Of a stretch of DNA of 43,456 nt, positions 27,098-36,914 are shown piece after piece. The position numbers and the translations under genes were made by a program. The notes under the pieces were generated by a model, which was not told the DNA's origin, ran no database searches, and was given only the letters and a program-made list of their open reading frames with translations. Position 1 is the first letter of the stretch, and every line of letters starts with the position of its first letter. The stretch comes from an uncultured archaeon (GTDB lineage: Archaea > Altiarchaeota > Altiarchaeia > IMC4 > SCGC-AAA252-I15), in assembly GCA_902384455.1 (NCBI GenBank), contig CABMCB010000064.1:1-43456 (forward strand), in the 5' to 3' direction.

Positions 27098-29770
27098 TTA
27101 CCTTAATTTTAGCCTGAGCGTGTAGTCGTCGGCTGCGTCGCTTTTTTCGACCGAGAAGCCGAGTTTTTGCGCCAAATGCACCATCACGCGGTTGTCTTTC
27201 AGCGCGTTTGCGTAAATGCTTTCTATGCTTTTGGTTTTGGCGATTTCGATTATCTTTGTGACTAGTTTTGTTCCGAGGCCTTTGTTCTGCCATGCGTCTG
27301 TTACTACGACTGAGAATTCGGCGACGTCTCCGCCTGGGTCAAGCACTATGCGCGATACGCCAAGCAGTTTGCCGTCTTTTTCCGACACAATCGCAATTTC
27401 GCGGTCATAGTCGTTGTGGCAGTACCTGATTAGCATTTCATGCGTCATCTCCTTTATGGGGCGGAAGAAGCGGTGGCGGATTGTTTCGGGAGACAGGGAG
27501 TTGAAAAGCTCTTTCACCCTAAACTCGTCTTCCGGCTTAATGGGCCTAAGCGTCACGTATTCTCCCGTTTTCGTCACCCACTTTTCTATGAGCTCCGTCG
27601 GGTAAGGGGTTATGCACAGGTGGCTGGGTGAATGTATGCTGCAGTCTTTAGCCAGTATTATGCGGGCATCCAACGCAATCACCTGGTCGGGTGTCGCAAG
27701 AAGCGGATTGATGTCGACTTCGCTTATCTCAGAGTTGTCTACAATCAACTGCGAAAAGTTCACCACAGCCTTCTCCAACTCCTTAATGTTTGCCGGCCTA
27801 CGGTCGCGGGCGCCGTTTTTCAGCAATTTGTAGCTTTTTGTCTCCTCCATTATGCGTTTTGCGAGCGTTTGCGTAAGAGGGGGTAGGCCTATTCCCGTGT
27901 CTTTGAGCACTTCGACTAGTGTTCCTCCTGCGCCGAACACTATTACTTCTCCGAATACGTCGTCTCTTTTGGCACCCAATAGCACTTCGAATCCTGTTCT
28001 TGTGCTCATCATCTTTGATACTGTGATTCCTGTTATGCGTGCGTTGGGGTTGTATCCTTTGGCGTTTAGGAGAATCTTGTCGTACGCTTCTTCGACGTCG
28101 TGGGCGGATAGCAGGCTGAGCATCACTCCTCCGGCGTCGGTTTTGTGCGTTATGTCCGGCGACTCAATCTTTAAGACGACGGGGTAGCCGATTTCTTCGG
28201 CCGCCTTTACTGCTTCCGCCTTTGTTTTGGCGATTTCCATTGGGGTGGTTTTGATTCCGTATTCGGACAGTATTTCTTTTGATTCGCGTTCGGACAGCAC
28301 CAGCTGGCCTGTGGCGTAGTGTTCGTTGAATGTTTTTTCTATTTTGGTTTTGTCGGGGTTTGGTCCGGATGAGAGTTCTTCTGGGGCTTCGTGCAGTAAT
28401 TCGAGGTTGTGGACGTATTCGTATCCTAGAAGCAGGGGTTTTACTGCGTTTTCTGGCGTGTGGTATGAGGGTATCTTGTTTTTTCTCAGTATTTCGGTTG
28501 CCGCCTCCACTGCTTTGCCGCCCATGAAGCTTGCTGTGATGGGTTTTGTTGAGTTGGCGCATACTTCAGTTATTTTCTGCGCTATTTCAGTCGGGTTTGT
28601 GCCTGATTGCGGCGTGAGTATGACCACTACGCTGCCTACGTTCTTGTCGTTTAATGCCGCGGTTACTGCTGCTCCGTACTCGTTTGGGCCGGCGTCACCC
28701 AAAACGTCGATTGGGTTGCCGTGGCTCCAGTTTTGAGGCAATTTACCGTTGAGTTCCGCTATTGTCGCATACTCTAGAGGCGCTATTTTTCCTCCGGACT
28801 CGATTATCTTGTCGGTCGCCATGACGCCGGGCCCTCCAGCGTTGGTTATGACTGCGATTTCAGGTGTTTTCGGCAGCGACCCCATCGCTATTTTCTGGCT
28901 TATGTCGAAGAGGTCTTCTATTTCCCGTACGCGGACTACTCCTGCGCGCTTGAAAGCCGCAGAGTACACGTCGTCGAACCCCGCCATTGCGCCGGTGTGC
29001 GACAGTATCGCTTTGCGCCCTTCCTCGTAGCGGCCTGCTTTAACTATGACTATGGGTTTTTGGCGTGCGAATCCGCTTGCTGCGCTCATGAATTTTTTGG
29101 CGTCCGTTATGGACTCCATGTAGACGAGTATGCTCTGGGTTTTTTGGTCGTATCCGAAGTAGTCTATGAGGTCGCCGAAGTCCACGTCCAGCATGCTTCC
29201 GACCGAGACTAGATAGCTGAATCCTATGCCTTGGCTTTCGGCCCAGTCTATGACGGAGGAGCATATTGCGCCGCTTTGGCTTATGAAGGCGATGTTTCCT
29301 TCCAACGGCGCTTTGATAGCGAAGCTTGCGTTGAGCTTTAGGCGCGTGTTGATTACTCCGAGGCAGTTGGGGCCGATTAGCCGCATCTGGTATTTCTTTA
29401 TTATCTTGGCGACTTCTTCCTCCCGCTTTTTCCCTTCTTCACCAGACTCCTTGAATCCGGAGGATATTACTATTGCGGCTTTGACTCCCGCTTTGCCGCA
29501 TTCTTCAAGGACGGCGGGCACCGTAACCGCGGGTGTCGCTATCACGGCCAAATCAACCTGCCTTGGAACGTCCGTTATGCTTGCGTACGTGTGGACTCCC
29601 TGGACGCTTTCGCGCTTGGGGTTTATGGGGTAGATTATTCCGTCGAATCCCTGACCCAATAGGTTTGCCATCAGCGCGTGGCCTACGCTCCCTGGTTTGT
29701 TGCTTGCTCCGAATACTGCGACTGTTTTCGGCGAAAAAATCTTGTCAAGACCCTTAAGGCTTAGCACCAA
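27098..29770 (-). CDS. Pat/YfiQ-type fusion: NDP-forming acyl-CoA ligase alpha+beta domains plus C-terminal GNAT
   Basis: GPNCLG, SQSGA, SHTGAMAG, TNAGGPG, NPIDVLGDA, HKTDAGGV, DINPL and GNAT motif A (WQNKGLG). Confidence 0.93.
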   Translation of the reverse strand: MVLSLKGLDKIFSPKTVAVFGASNKPGSVGHALMANLLGQGFDGIIYPINPKRESVQGVHTYASITDVPRQVDLAVIATPAVTVPAVLEECGKAGVKAAIVISSGFKESGEEGKKREEEVAKIIKKYQMRLIGPNCLGVINTRLKLNASFAIKAPLEGNIAFISQSGAICSSVIDWAESQGIGFSYLVSVGSMLDVDFGDLIDYFGYDQKTQSILVYMESITDAKKFMSAASGFARQKPIVIVKAGRYEEGRKAILSHTGAMAGFDDVYSAAFKRAGVVRVREIEDLFDISQKIAMGSLPKTPEIAVITNAGGPGVMATDKIIESGGKIAPLEYATIAELNGKLPQNWSHGNPIDVLGDAGPNEYGAAVTAALNDKNVGSVVVILTPQSGTNPTEIAQKITEVCANSTKPITASFMGGKAVEAATEILRKNKIPSYHTPENAVKPLLLGYEYVHNLELLHEAPEELSSGPNPDKTKIEKTFNEHYATGQLVLSERESKEILSEYGIKTTPMEIAKTKAEAVKAAEEIGYPVVLKIESPDITHKTDAGGVMLSLLSAHDVEEAYDKILLNAKGYNPNARITGITVSKMMSTRTGFEVLLGAKRDDVFGEVIVFGAGGTLVEVLKDTGIGLPPLTQTLAKRIMEETKSYKLLKNGARDRRPANIKELEKAVVNFSQLIVDNSEISEVDINPLLATPDQVIALDARIILAKDCSIHSPSHLCITPYPTELIEKWVTKTGEYVTLRPIKPEDEFRVKELFNSLSPETIRHRFFRPIKEMTHEMLIRYCHNDYDREIAIVSEKDGKLLGVSRIVLDPGGDVAEFSVVVTDAWQNKGLGTKLVTKIIEIAKTKSIESIYANALKDNRVMVHLAQKLGFSVEKSDAADDYTLRLKLR

Positions 29771-29909
29771 AACACCTCATTGTTTTCGTGATTAGGAATA
29801 GAATTTTCCCTAAGGAGAATATAAAGTGAATGGCGGAAGGTTTATTGCGTTGGCTCTTCGGCAGGTGTCTTGTTTGCGACCTGTTGGGTAGCGCCTTTAG
29901 CCACTCATT

Positions 29910-30362
29910 CTAAATCCCGTCAATCTTCCATGAGCCGTTTTCCAGCACAGTGTAAAAGGAGTTTGTGGCGCCGTCTATCTCGTATTGGTACCCCATCTTG
30001 TTTTGGTATTTTACTATCAATGTCGCATTGGAGAGTCCTTTACCCAGCTTTTGAGCCCCCTCTCCGGAGAGGTCTATTTCTTCACGCATATTCTGTATCA
30101 TCGCGCATGACAGTAAGTCGAAGAAGACTGTTTTGTTGCCCGTTAGTATAGCGTCACTAAACGCTTTGACTGCCTGGCTGCTTGCGTTTGTTTCGTCTGC
30201 AGTGACGTTCTTGTCTCCAGATATGACTATCGTCTTGATTGTGGTGGTAGTGGGATTTAGTTGCGGGACTGAATTTGTTGTTGGGTTTTGATTTTTACTG
30301 GAAATGCAGCCGGATGACAGGAGGATAGACCCGGCAAGAAGTATAAACAACATCTTCTTCAT
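29910..30362 (-). CDS. Putative lipoprotein
   Basis: MKK, hydrophobic stretch, LLSSGC lipobox, Thr/Asn linker and a C-terminal ENGSWKI (NTF2-like ending). Confidence 0.75.
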   Translation of the reverse strand: MKKMLFILLAGSILLSSGCISSKNQNPTTNSVPQLNPTTTTIKTIVISGDKNVTADETNASSQAVKAFSDAILTGNKTVFFDLLSCAMIQNMREEIDLSGEGAQKLGKGLSNATLIVKYQNKMGYQYEIDGATNSFYTVLENGSWKIDGI

Positions 30363-30401
30363 TGTAGGATACTGTGAGGTGGGGGAAAAAAGGATGATGT
30401 T

Positions 30402-31274
30402 TTAGAACAGGTTTGGGGTGACGTAGACTTCAATGCCGGCAGCCAGTATAAGTATGACCACAGAAAGCATGATAAGGTCGCCTGAATCCAACACGACCCT
30501 CTTGAATTCCTCGCTTCTAAAATGATGCTTGACTACTGCGACGGATATTATTCCGCCGCCCAACGCCCCCAAAAAGTAAGCCAACACTTCCGGAAGCCCA
30601 TGCAGAAGGTAACTCATACTGAGGGGGAACGCGGCGAAATACTCTAGGAACGCGGGGTTCCCCGTGCCGCCCCACTGGACAATTATCTTCCTTATGAGGT
30701 CGCCTATGGCGACACCTATTACGCTTGCGTTCCACGTGAGCTCGAAAATAGCCCCTGCACCGTACAAAAAAGACATAAGTATGCAAAACAACAGCACCCT
30801 AAGATTGTTCACTACGATTATGAAGAAGTGATCTTTTGCGGTTGCCGACGCGCTTATCGCCAGCCCCTGCACCATAAGGTTGTCTCCCGTAATAGACTGA
30901 ATTGTGTCTATCTGGCTCGCAAACAGCGTCTTTACGGAGGCCGCCGGCAGAACGCTGAACCAGAAGCTGTATGCTACTACCATGCCGACGAATAGGTGGA
31001 GGAAGAATAGGATTATGCGGGCGTGGTCCTTCATTATGCAGAATATTTTGAAGTCGCATACGTTGACGTCGCGCATCTCCTCGTCTCTTATGGCGCGCAT
31101 CATTATGACGACAAGAGGCATGGTTGTGATGAAGACGCTGGCCAGACTCACGTATTTCCCGAATACCATGCTTCCAAGAAACAAGCCGATTGTGGCGTAC
31201 GACACGCCTATGAAGAACATTCGCGCCGGATGCTTCTCCCACTGTTCGGGCACCACAAGCGACTCAAGAACCAT
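30402..31274 (-). CDS. Stage II sporulation protein M (DUF95) family membrane protein
   Basis: NNLRV, WNASVIG, LHGLPE and AAGIEVY motifs. Confidence 0.88.
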   Translation of the reverse strand: MVLESLVVPEQWEKHPARMFFIGVSYATIGLFLGSMVFGKYVSLASVFITTMPLVVIMMRAIRDEEMRDVNVCDFKIFCIMKDHARIILFFLHLFVGMVVAYSFWFSVLPAASVKTLFASQIDTIQSITGDNLMVQGLAISASATAKDHFFIIVVNNLRVLLFCILMSFLYGAGAIFELTWNASVIGVAIGDLIRKIIVQWGGTGNPAFLEYFAAFPLSMSYLLHGLPEVLAYFLGALGGGIISVAVVKHHFRSEEFKRVVLDSGDLIMLSVVILILAAGIEVYVTPNLF

Positions 31275-31296
31275 GTGGAATTATGGGTTTAGAGGG

Positions 31297-32586
31297 CTAA
31301 ATATTGCGGCTTATCTTCTGGAAACCGAGCATGACGTCAAGAACAGTCTGGTCCGCAAGCGGCTTACCGATCACCTGAAGCCCAGTAGGAACACCGCCCA
31401 CCTTCCCCGCCGGGACAACACCCGCAGGAAGCCCAGCAAGATTCACGGGAACAGTAAAGACGTCGTAAGCGTACATAACGCGCGGGTCAGTTATCGGCTC
31501 ACTAAGCTTATGCGGAAGCTTGGGAACAGTCGGACCCACAAGCACGTCAACGCCGGAAAGAGCGGCCAAAATCTCCTTCCTAATCAGACTGCGCGCCTTA
31601 AGCGCCTTACGGTAGTAGCGGCCTGCGTACTCTTTGCTGCTTATGTAGCTTCCCAGTAGAATCCGCCTCAAAACTTCCTCGCCGCAGACGTCCTCAATTT
31701 TATGGCCGTATCTTCTTCCGTCGAATTTCCTTGTCGCAGAGAAGAATTCCACGTAGACGTTGAGGTAGTATGTGGGGAGCGCTTTGGTGAGGTTTGGGAG
31801 GTCCACTTTGACTAGTTCGGCGCCTGCGTCCTGCATCCTTTCTACTGCGGAATTTATGACTTCCCTTATGCCTTCGTCGGCGATGAGGCCGTCGAATTCT
31901 TTGGCGTATCCTATTTTTAGGCAGGATAGGTCTGGGTTTAGTTTGTCGTGGAATTGGTAGAATGATTTGTCTAATTTGAGGCTTGTTTCGTCTCGGTTGT
32001 CGTGTCCTGCGACGACTGATAGAAGTAGGGCGGCGTCTTCTACTGTGTGGGCTAAGGGGCCTATTTGGTCCAGGCTCATTGCCATGTCCACCAGGCCGTA
32101 TCTGCTTACTACGCCGTATGTTGGTTTGAATCCTACGACTCCGCAGTGGCTTGCGGGGTTTCTTATGCTTCCTCCCGTATCTGAGCCGAGCGCCAAGTCC
32201 GCCATTCCCGCTGCGACTGCGGCGGTTGAGCCGCTGCTGCTTCCTCCGGGTATGCGGCCGGGTGCCGCTGGGTTTTGTGTTGGCCCGTATGCGCTTGTTT
32301 CTCCGCTTGCTCCGCATGCGAATTCGTCCATGTTGGCCATGCCTACTATGCGGCCGCCTTCTTTTCGTATGCGTTCTATTACGTGGGCGTCGTAGGGGGC
32401 GACATAGTTTTCGAGTGTTTTGCTTGCGCAGCAAGTTAGCAGGCCTTCGACGTTTATGTTTGATTTTATGGCTATTGTGCGTCCGGAAAGTTTTCCTTCG
32501 CCTGTTGGTTCGCCTTTTCCTTCTGTGTCTACTGCGATGAATGCGTTGATGTGCTTGTCTTTTTGCTGTATTTCCTGAGGGTTCAT
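31297..32586 (-). CDS. gatA: Asp-tRNA(Asn)/Glu-tRNA(Gln) amidotransferase subunit A
   Basis: Amidase signature K...GGSSSGS...GSDTGGSIR, NMDEFA, KPTYG and RRILLG. Start at ATG 32586 (ATGA overlap). Confidence 0.95.
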   Translation of the reverse strand: MNPQEIQQKDKHINAFIAVDTEGKGEPTGEGKLSGRTIAIKSNINVEGLLTCCASKTLENYVAPYDAHVIERIRKEGGRIVGMANMDEFACGASGETSAYGPTQNPAAPGRIPGGSSSGSTAAVAAGMADLALGSDTGGSIRNPASHCGVVGFKPTYGVVSRYGLVDMAMSLDQIGPLAHTVEDAALLLSVVAGHDNRDETSLKLDKSFYQFHDKLNPDLSCLKIGYAKEFDGLIADEGIREVINSAVERMQDAGAELVKVDLPNLTKALPTYYLNVYVEFFSATRKFDGRRYGHKIEDVCGEEVLRRILLGSYISSKEYAGRYYRKALKARSLIRKEILAALSGVDVLVGPTVPKLPHKLSEPITDPRVMYAYDVFTVPVNLAGLPAGVVPAGKVGGVPTGLQVIGKPLADQTVLDVMLGFQKISRNI

Positions 32587-32891
32587 GTGTTCTCCTGAAT
32601 GTACTCCAGTCCGGCTTGCACGGCCCATGCTACTGCGCCAAGTATCATTATTGCTAGGCCGTATCTTTGGAGTAGTTGGCTTACGTTTTTCATGTCGTTT
32701 TCGGTTGATTTTATTGCTGTTGCGTCAGTGTTGTTGGTTGGTTGGTGTGCTTGGCCGGTCGTCAGGTTTATTGTTCCTACGAATGCGCTTTTGTCTGCTA
32801 CGACGGTCGACTCCATCAGGTAGCCGACTATGCTGATGAATATTCCGATTAGTAGTAGGAGGACGGGGATGCCGGACCTTAGTATTGACAT
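32583..32891 (-). CDS. Small two-TM membrane protein
   Basis: Two hydrophobic helices flanking a loop with sequons; translationally coupled to gatA. Confidence 0.65.
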   Translation of the reverse strand: MSILRSGIPVLLLLIGIFISIVGYLMESTVVADKSAFVGTINLTTGQAHQPTNNTDATAIKSTENDMKNVSQLLQRYGLAIMILGAVAWAVQAGLEYIQENT

Positions 32892-33023
32892 TTGATATTG
32901 CTCCGTCTTGCTGTTGCAATTCGTTAGCTGTGGCGTTGTTGGCTTATGTCTATATATGGGGGCTAAGTTAAATATCCAACCAAGGGAGGCTTAAATTTAT
33001 GTGTCGGGCGCGGTGGTGGGCTG

Positions 33024-34121
33024 ATGGGAATTAAGTTTTTTTTTACCTCGGTTTTTGCTATCATTCTCATTTCGCCTTTAGTTTCGGCTCAGTCCGACTT
33101 GGGCGCAATACCCGGGTGGAGCAAGACTCTTTCAGGCAGCGTGGTTGAAGCTCACGTTTACAACGGATTCGTTTACGCTGTTTCTGCCGACGGCGGAGTA
33201 TATGAGTTCAACGCCAGCAGCGGCGTACTACTATGGTCTAAGTCTCTTGGAGAATCGGCCGCCGCGGTCGAAGTTTATAGGGGCTTCATTTACGTGGTCA
33301 CCTCCAACGCCACTTTGTACGTAATGTCTTCTGACGGCACGGTTCAAGGCAAACTCCGTTTGGGTGCTCATCCCGCGTTTCCTGAAGGCTTTATCGTTTC
33401 CGACACCGGGTTTTTTGTGGGCGGAACGGACGGACGCCTTTTTGCTTATTCTCTTGACGGCCGCTTCATGTGGGAGTACGGGGCGGGAGGGTCTGTGATG
33501 GCTTTGTCGCCGTCCAAAGATGGGGGGGTTATTGTGGCAGGTGACCGTCAGATTTATTATTTGACTTCAAGCGGTTCGTTGGTCAGGAATTTCAACTTGG
33601 AGAGCTACCTTAGGTCGGTGAGGTTGACCCCCAACTTGATTGTGGCGTACACCGGAGCCGACCGCCTTGTGGCGCTTAACATGTCGGGAGACCAGATTTT
33701 CAATTTGAATTTAGCCGACGAAGTCGGCTACATTTACGCGCTCAACGATTCCCTATTGGCTGGGACGCGCGGCGGAAAAATAATGCATGTGCTTCTGAAC
33801 GGAACTGTTCTCTCCTCGATTAACTTGAATTCCAGCGTCGTGGCCATAACATCAAACGACCAGTACGCCATGGCATCCACATTAAACGACAGACTCTACC
33901 TGTACGGACGCAACAACACATTACTTTGGACTACCCCCACCACAGGGAGAATACTCACTTTCGACAACGAAGACGGCCACATAATAGCGGGTTCCAGCGG
34001 AGGAACCCTTTACCGCTTCAATTTGCCTCAGAAGGGGACTGAGGAGCTGAAGATTGCGGCGGCAGTAATAGCCGTTTTATTCGTTGTAGCGTCAATACTT
34101 CTCATCAAATCCTGGAGGTGA
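33024..34121 (+). CDS. PQQ-like beta-propeller surface protein, C-terminally anchored
   Basis: Signal peptide, repeated G..(L/M)W and DG.(V/L)(Y/F) blades, C-terminal TM. Confidence 0.85.
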   Translation: MGIKFFFTSVFAIILISPLVSAQSDLGAIPGWSKTLSGSVVEAHVYNGFVYAVSADGGVYEFNASSGVLLWSKSLGESAAAVEVYRGFIYVVTSNATLYVMSSDGTVQGKLRLGAHPAFPEGFIVSDTGFFVGGTDGRLFAYSLDGRFMWEYGAGGSVMALSPSKDGGVIVAGDRQIYYLTSSGSLVRNFNLESYLRSVRLTPNLIVAYTGADRLVALNMSGDQIFNLNLADEVGYIYALNDSLLAGTRGGKIMHVLLNGTVLSSINLNSSVVAITSNDQYAMASTLNDRLYLYGRNNTLLWTTPTTGRILTFDNEDGHIIAGSSGGTLYRFNLPQKGTEELKIAAAVIAVLFVVASILLIKSWR

Positions 34122-34128
34122 ATGAAAA

Positions 34129-35304
34129 ATGATTGTGGGAGTCGTAGGTAAGCCGAACGTGGGGAAATCAACTTTGTTCAAGGCTATGTCGATGGCCGAG
34201 GCGGAAATCGCCAATTTTCCTTTCACCACAATCAAGCCTAACGTGGGCGTTGGTTACGTGCGTACGCCGGACGCCGGCGTCCACTTCAACGTCACTGCCG
34301 CAGCACGCAACTCAGTAGTCCGCGCAGGAGTACGGTTCACTCCAGTCAAGCTCATAGACGTCGCGGGTCTTGTTCCCGGAGCCCACGAAGGGAAAGGATT
34401 GGGCAACCAGTTTCTCGACGATTTGTCTGCGGCGGACGTCCTCATCCACGTTGTGGACGCTAGCGGGCGCACCAACGAGTTGGGGGAGCCTGCAGCCGAC
34501 CATGACCCAAAGAAAGACATTGCTTTTTTGGAGGAGGAGATTGACTTGTGGTTTACTGGTCTTGTGAAAAAGCATTGGGATAAAATCAAAAGCAGAATCA
34601 AATACGACAGCGGCGACATAGTGAAGGAGTTTTCCGCCGTGCTTTCGGGGATCAAGATTTCAGAGCACCACGTGAAGACGACGCTTTTGAAGATGGGCCG
34701 CGAAGGCACCGTTGATTGGAGCGACGACGACGTCGCCGACTTCGCAGTGGAACTAAGGAAGATGAGCAAACCAATAGTACTTGTCGCAAACAAGGCGGAC
34801 GTTCCCGGAGCAGACAAACATCTTCCAGGGCTTAAGGAAAAATACGGGATATTTCCGGTGTCCGCAGCAAGCGAACTCGCATTAAGGCAGGCGGACAAGG
34901 CAGGCGTCATAGAGTACCTGCCTGGAGACTCCGACTTCAAAATCAAAGGCACGCCAGACGAGAAACAAAAGAAGGCGCTTGAGTTCATCAGGACAGGAGT
35001 ACTGAAGAAATACGGCTCAACAGGAGTACAGCAAATATTGAACCACGCCGTATTCGACATGCTAAAATACATGGTCGTATACCCCGTGGAAAACGAAAAC
35101 GCCTTATCAGACGGCCAAGGAAACATACTCCCAGACAGCCACCTCGTACCGCAAGGCACAACTGCAATAGAACTCGCCTACCGCATACACACAGACATAG
35201 GCGACAAATTCATAGGCGCAATAGACTGCAAAACAAAAAGACGCATAGGCCGCGACCACGTTTTGGCCGACGGAGACGTCGTGAAGATAATCACCCACAG
35301 ATAG
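34129..35304 (+). CDS. ychF: Redox-regulated ATPase YchF (OBG family, archaeal type)
   Basis: GKPNVGKS, FPFTT, DVAGL, GLGNQFL, NKAD and a C-terminal TGS domain. Confidence 0.95.
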   Translation: MIVGVVGKPNVGKSTLFKAMSMAEAEIANFPFTTIKPNVGVGYVRTPDAGVHFNVTAAARNSVVRAGVRFTPVKLIDVAGLVPGAHEGKGLGNQFLDDLSAADVLIHVVDASGRTNELGEPAADHDPKKDIAFLEEEIDLWFTGLVKKHWDKIKSRIKYDSGDIVKEFSAVLSGIKISEHHVKTTLLKMGREGTVDWSDDDVADFAVELRKMSKPIVLVANKADVPGADKHLPGLKEKYGIFPVSAASELALRQADKAGVIEYLPGDSDFKIKGTPDEKQKKALEFIRTGVLKKYGSTGVQQILNHAVFDMLKYMVVYPVENENALSDGQGNILPDSHLVPQGTTAIELAYRIHTDIGDKFIGAIDCKTKRRIGRDHVLADGDVVKIITHR

Positions 35305-35406
35305 GCGACGTAATAAGCATACGTAGGCTGACGCTATCTAGAGCGCCTGTCTTTGCGAGTACCTCATTTTATGAGGGCTATGCTTTTGTAGGGGGACTAT
35401 TCCGCC

Positions 35407-35952
35407 TCATCCTCCATGCTTGGGCCCGCCTTCTCCTTCATTAGGGTGTCCGCCGGCCTTTATGAACTCATAAAGGTGGGGCGAATACAGCGTCAATCCA
35501 AGGAAGGACTCGACATATTCCCGTGCGGAATCCACGTCGTTGGGGTCGTATCTCCTCTTGGACATGGTATCCCTGAATTTTTCAGTGACCTTCTCTTCGA
35601 CGGCGCGGTTCAGCAGCTTTATCACATCCTTCACGTCGCCTTTTTCAATGGCTTCCTCGACCTTTGGGACCACCGGACCCTCGTCTAAGCCGGAGGGCTT
35701 CAACCCAGTATAGGGTGCGCCTTCCCCCGTCCTATGGAGCCTGACGACAGTCTCAAAAAACCATAGGTCAGCGACCTCCTTCGCCTCCTTGCCGAGCTTC
35801 CTGGCAACCAGCGTCTTATCATACGCCTTTTTTATCTCTGCCTCGGCGCTTTTGGGGGCCCAAGGCAGAATCAGCTTCACATTCCCCGTCTCCAACGCAT
35901 TCTTAGCAGCCGTTACAACCGGCCCATCCATAGTATCGCAGTGCGGCGGCAT
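35407..35952 (-). CDS. DUF6448-like protein
   Basis: HCDTMDGPVV..A..AL, FFETVVRLHR.GEGAPYTGLKP and AREYV; GGAGG upstream. Confidence 0.8.
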   Translation of the reverse strand: MPPHCDTMDGPVVTAAKNALETGNVKLILPWAPKSAEAEIKKAYDKTLVARKLGKEAKEVADLWFFETVVRLHRTGEGAPYTGLKPSGLDEGPVVPKVEEAIEKGDVKDVIKLLNRAVEEKVTEKFRDTMSKRRYDPNDVDSAREYVESFLGLTLYSPHLYEFIKAGGHPNEGEGGPKHGG

Positions 35953-36060
35953 ACAATTCCCTCCACTAAACCTTTATAAAAAACACGTTATAAAACCTAG
36001 CAACTGGAAGAATCCGGCTTATCCCCAACTCGTATTCACCTAATGCTGCTCCTAAACAGA

Positions 36061-36852
36061 CTAAACAAGCAATGTATCCGCCCAGAGTTCCTTGAGCTTC
36101 CTCTGGCTTATTTGCTGGTATTCGCGGTCTTCAGCGTGCACTTCCAGCGTGATTGTCTTGTCGTAGCCGATTGTTTTGAGGCCTGCGACTAGTTTTGTGA
36201 AGTCTATGTCTCCTACTCCAAGGGGCAGGTGTTCGTCTCGGAATCCGTGGTTGTCGTGCATGTGGACGTGGTTCAAGTAGGGCTTTAGTTCCGTCATCAT
36301 GGCGACTATGTTGTCGGTCTTCTTTACTTTCATGAAGGCGTGGCCTACGTCCAAAGTGAATTTGAGTCCGTCTGCTTGCGAGAATATTTGCTTTAGGTTT
36401 TCGACTGAGAAGTATTCTTCCTCGAAGTTTTCGAGGTTTAGCGTCAGGTTGTGTTTTGATGCTTCTTCGACTAGCACTTTGGCGGACTCTATTGTGCGGG
36501 CGACGACTTCCGTCTGCTCGCGCTTGAGTTTCATTGGGTCAGGGTGCATTGTGACGTGCTGTATCTCCAGTTCCTGACACATGGAAAATATCTTGTCGCA
36601 CTCCGAAAGTATTGCGGCGCGGACGCTGTCGTAAGGGTGGATTATGTGCAAAAACCAAGGCATATGGCCAACCAGCGTCAGGTCGTATGATGAGAGGGCG
36701 TCTTTGAGGGCCGGCATCATCTCCCGGATTTTCTCTGGTGTCGCCTCAGGGTACTCTATCGTCAAATCTACGTAGTCGAATCCTTGGTCTCCGATAATCT
36801 TGACTTCTTCTACGAGGTTCTTCCGCGGATTGTTCATCGCCCCGAATTTCAT
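36061..36852 (-). CDS. Sugar-phosphate isomerase/epimerase (AP endonuclease 2 TIM barrel) family
   Basis: LEN, LDVGHA, HVHMHDN, DEHLPLG.G and TLE motifs. Start reassigned to ATG 36852. Confidence 0.9.
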   Translation of the reverse strand: MKFGAMNNPRKNLVEEVKIIGDQGFDYVDLTIEYPEATPEKIREMMPALKDALSSYDLTLVGHMPWFLHIIHPYDSVRAAILSECDKIFSMCQELEIQHVTMHPDPMKLKREQTEVVARTIESAKVLVEEASKHNLTLNLENFEEEYFSVENLKQIFSQADGLKFTLDVGHAFMKVKKTDNIVAMMTELKPYLNHVHMHDNHGFRDEHLPLGVGDIDFTKLVAGLKTIGYDKTITLEVHAEDREYQQISQRKLKELWADTLLV

Positions 36853-36914
36853 TTTAGTTTCCTGCCAAGTGGAATGGGAAAAACAAGTTAAAAATAGGAC
36901 GGCTGACCGCAGGC

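Noticed and set aside
31700-32434. Arg-rich alternate-frame ORFs (also 11621..12187, 1067..1384, 18408..18764)
   Set aside because: They are by-products of A/C-rich blocks lacking T, overlapping real genes in another frame.
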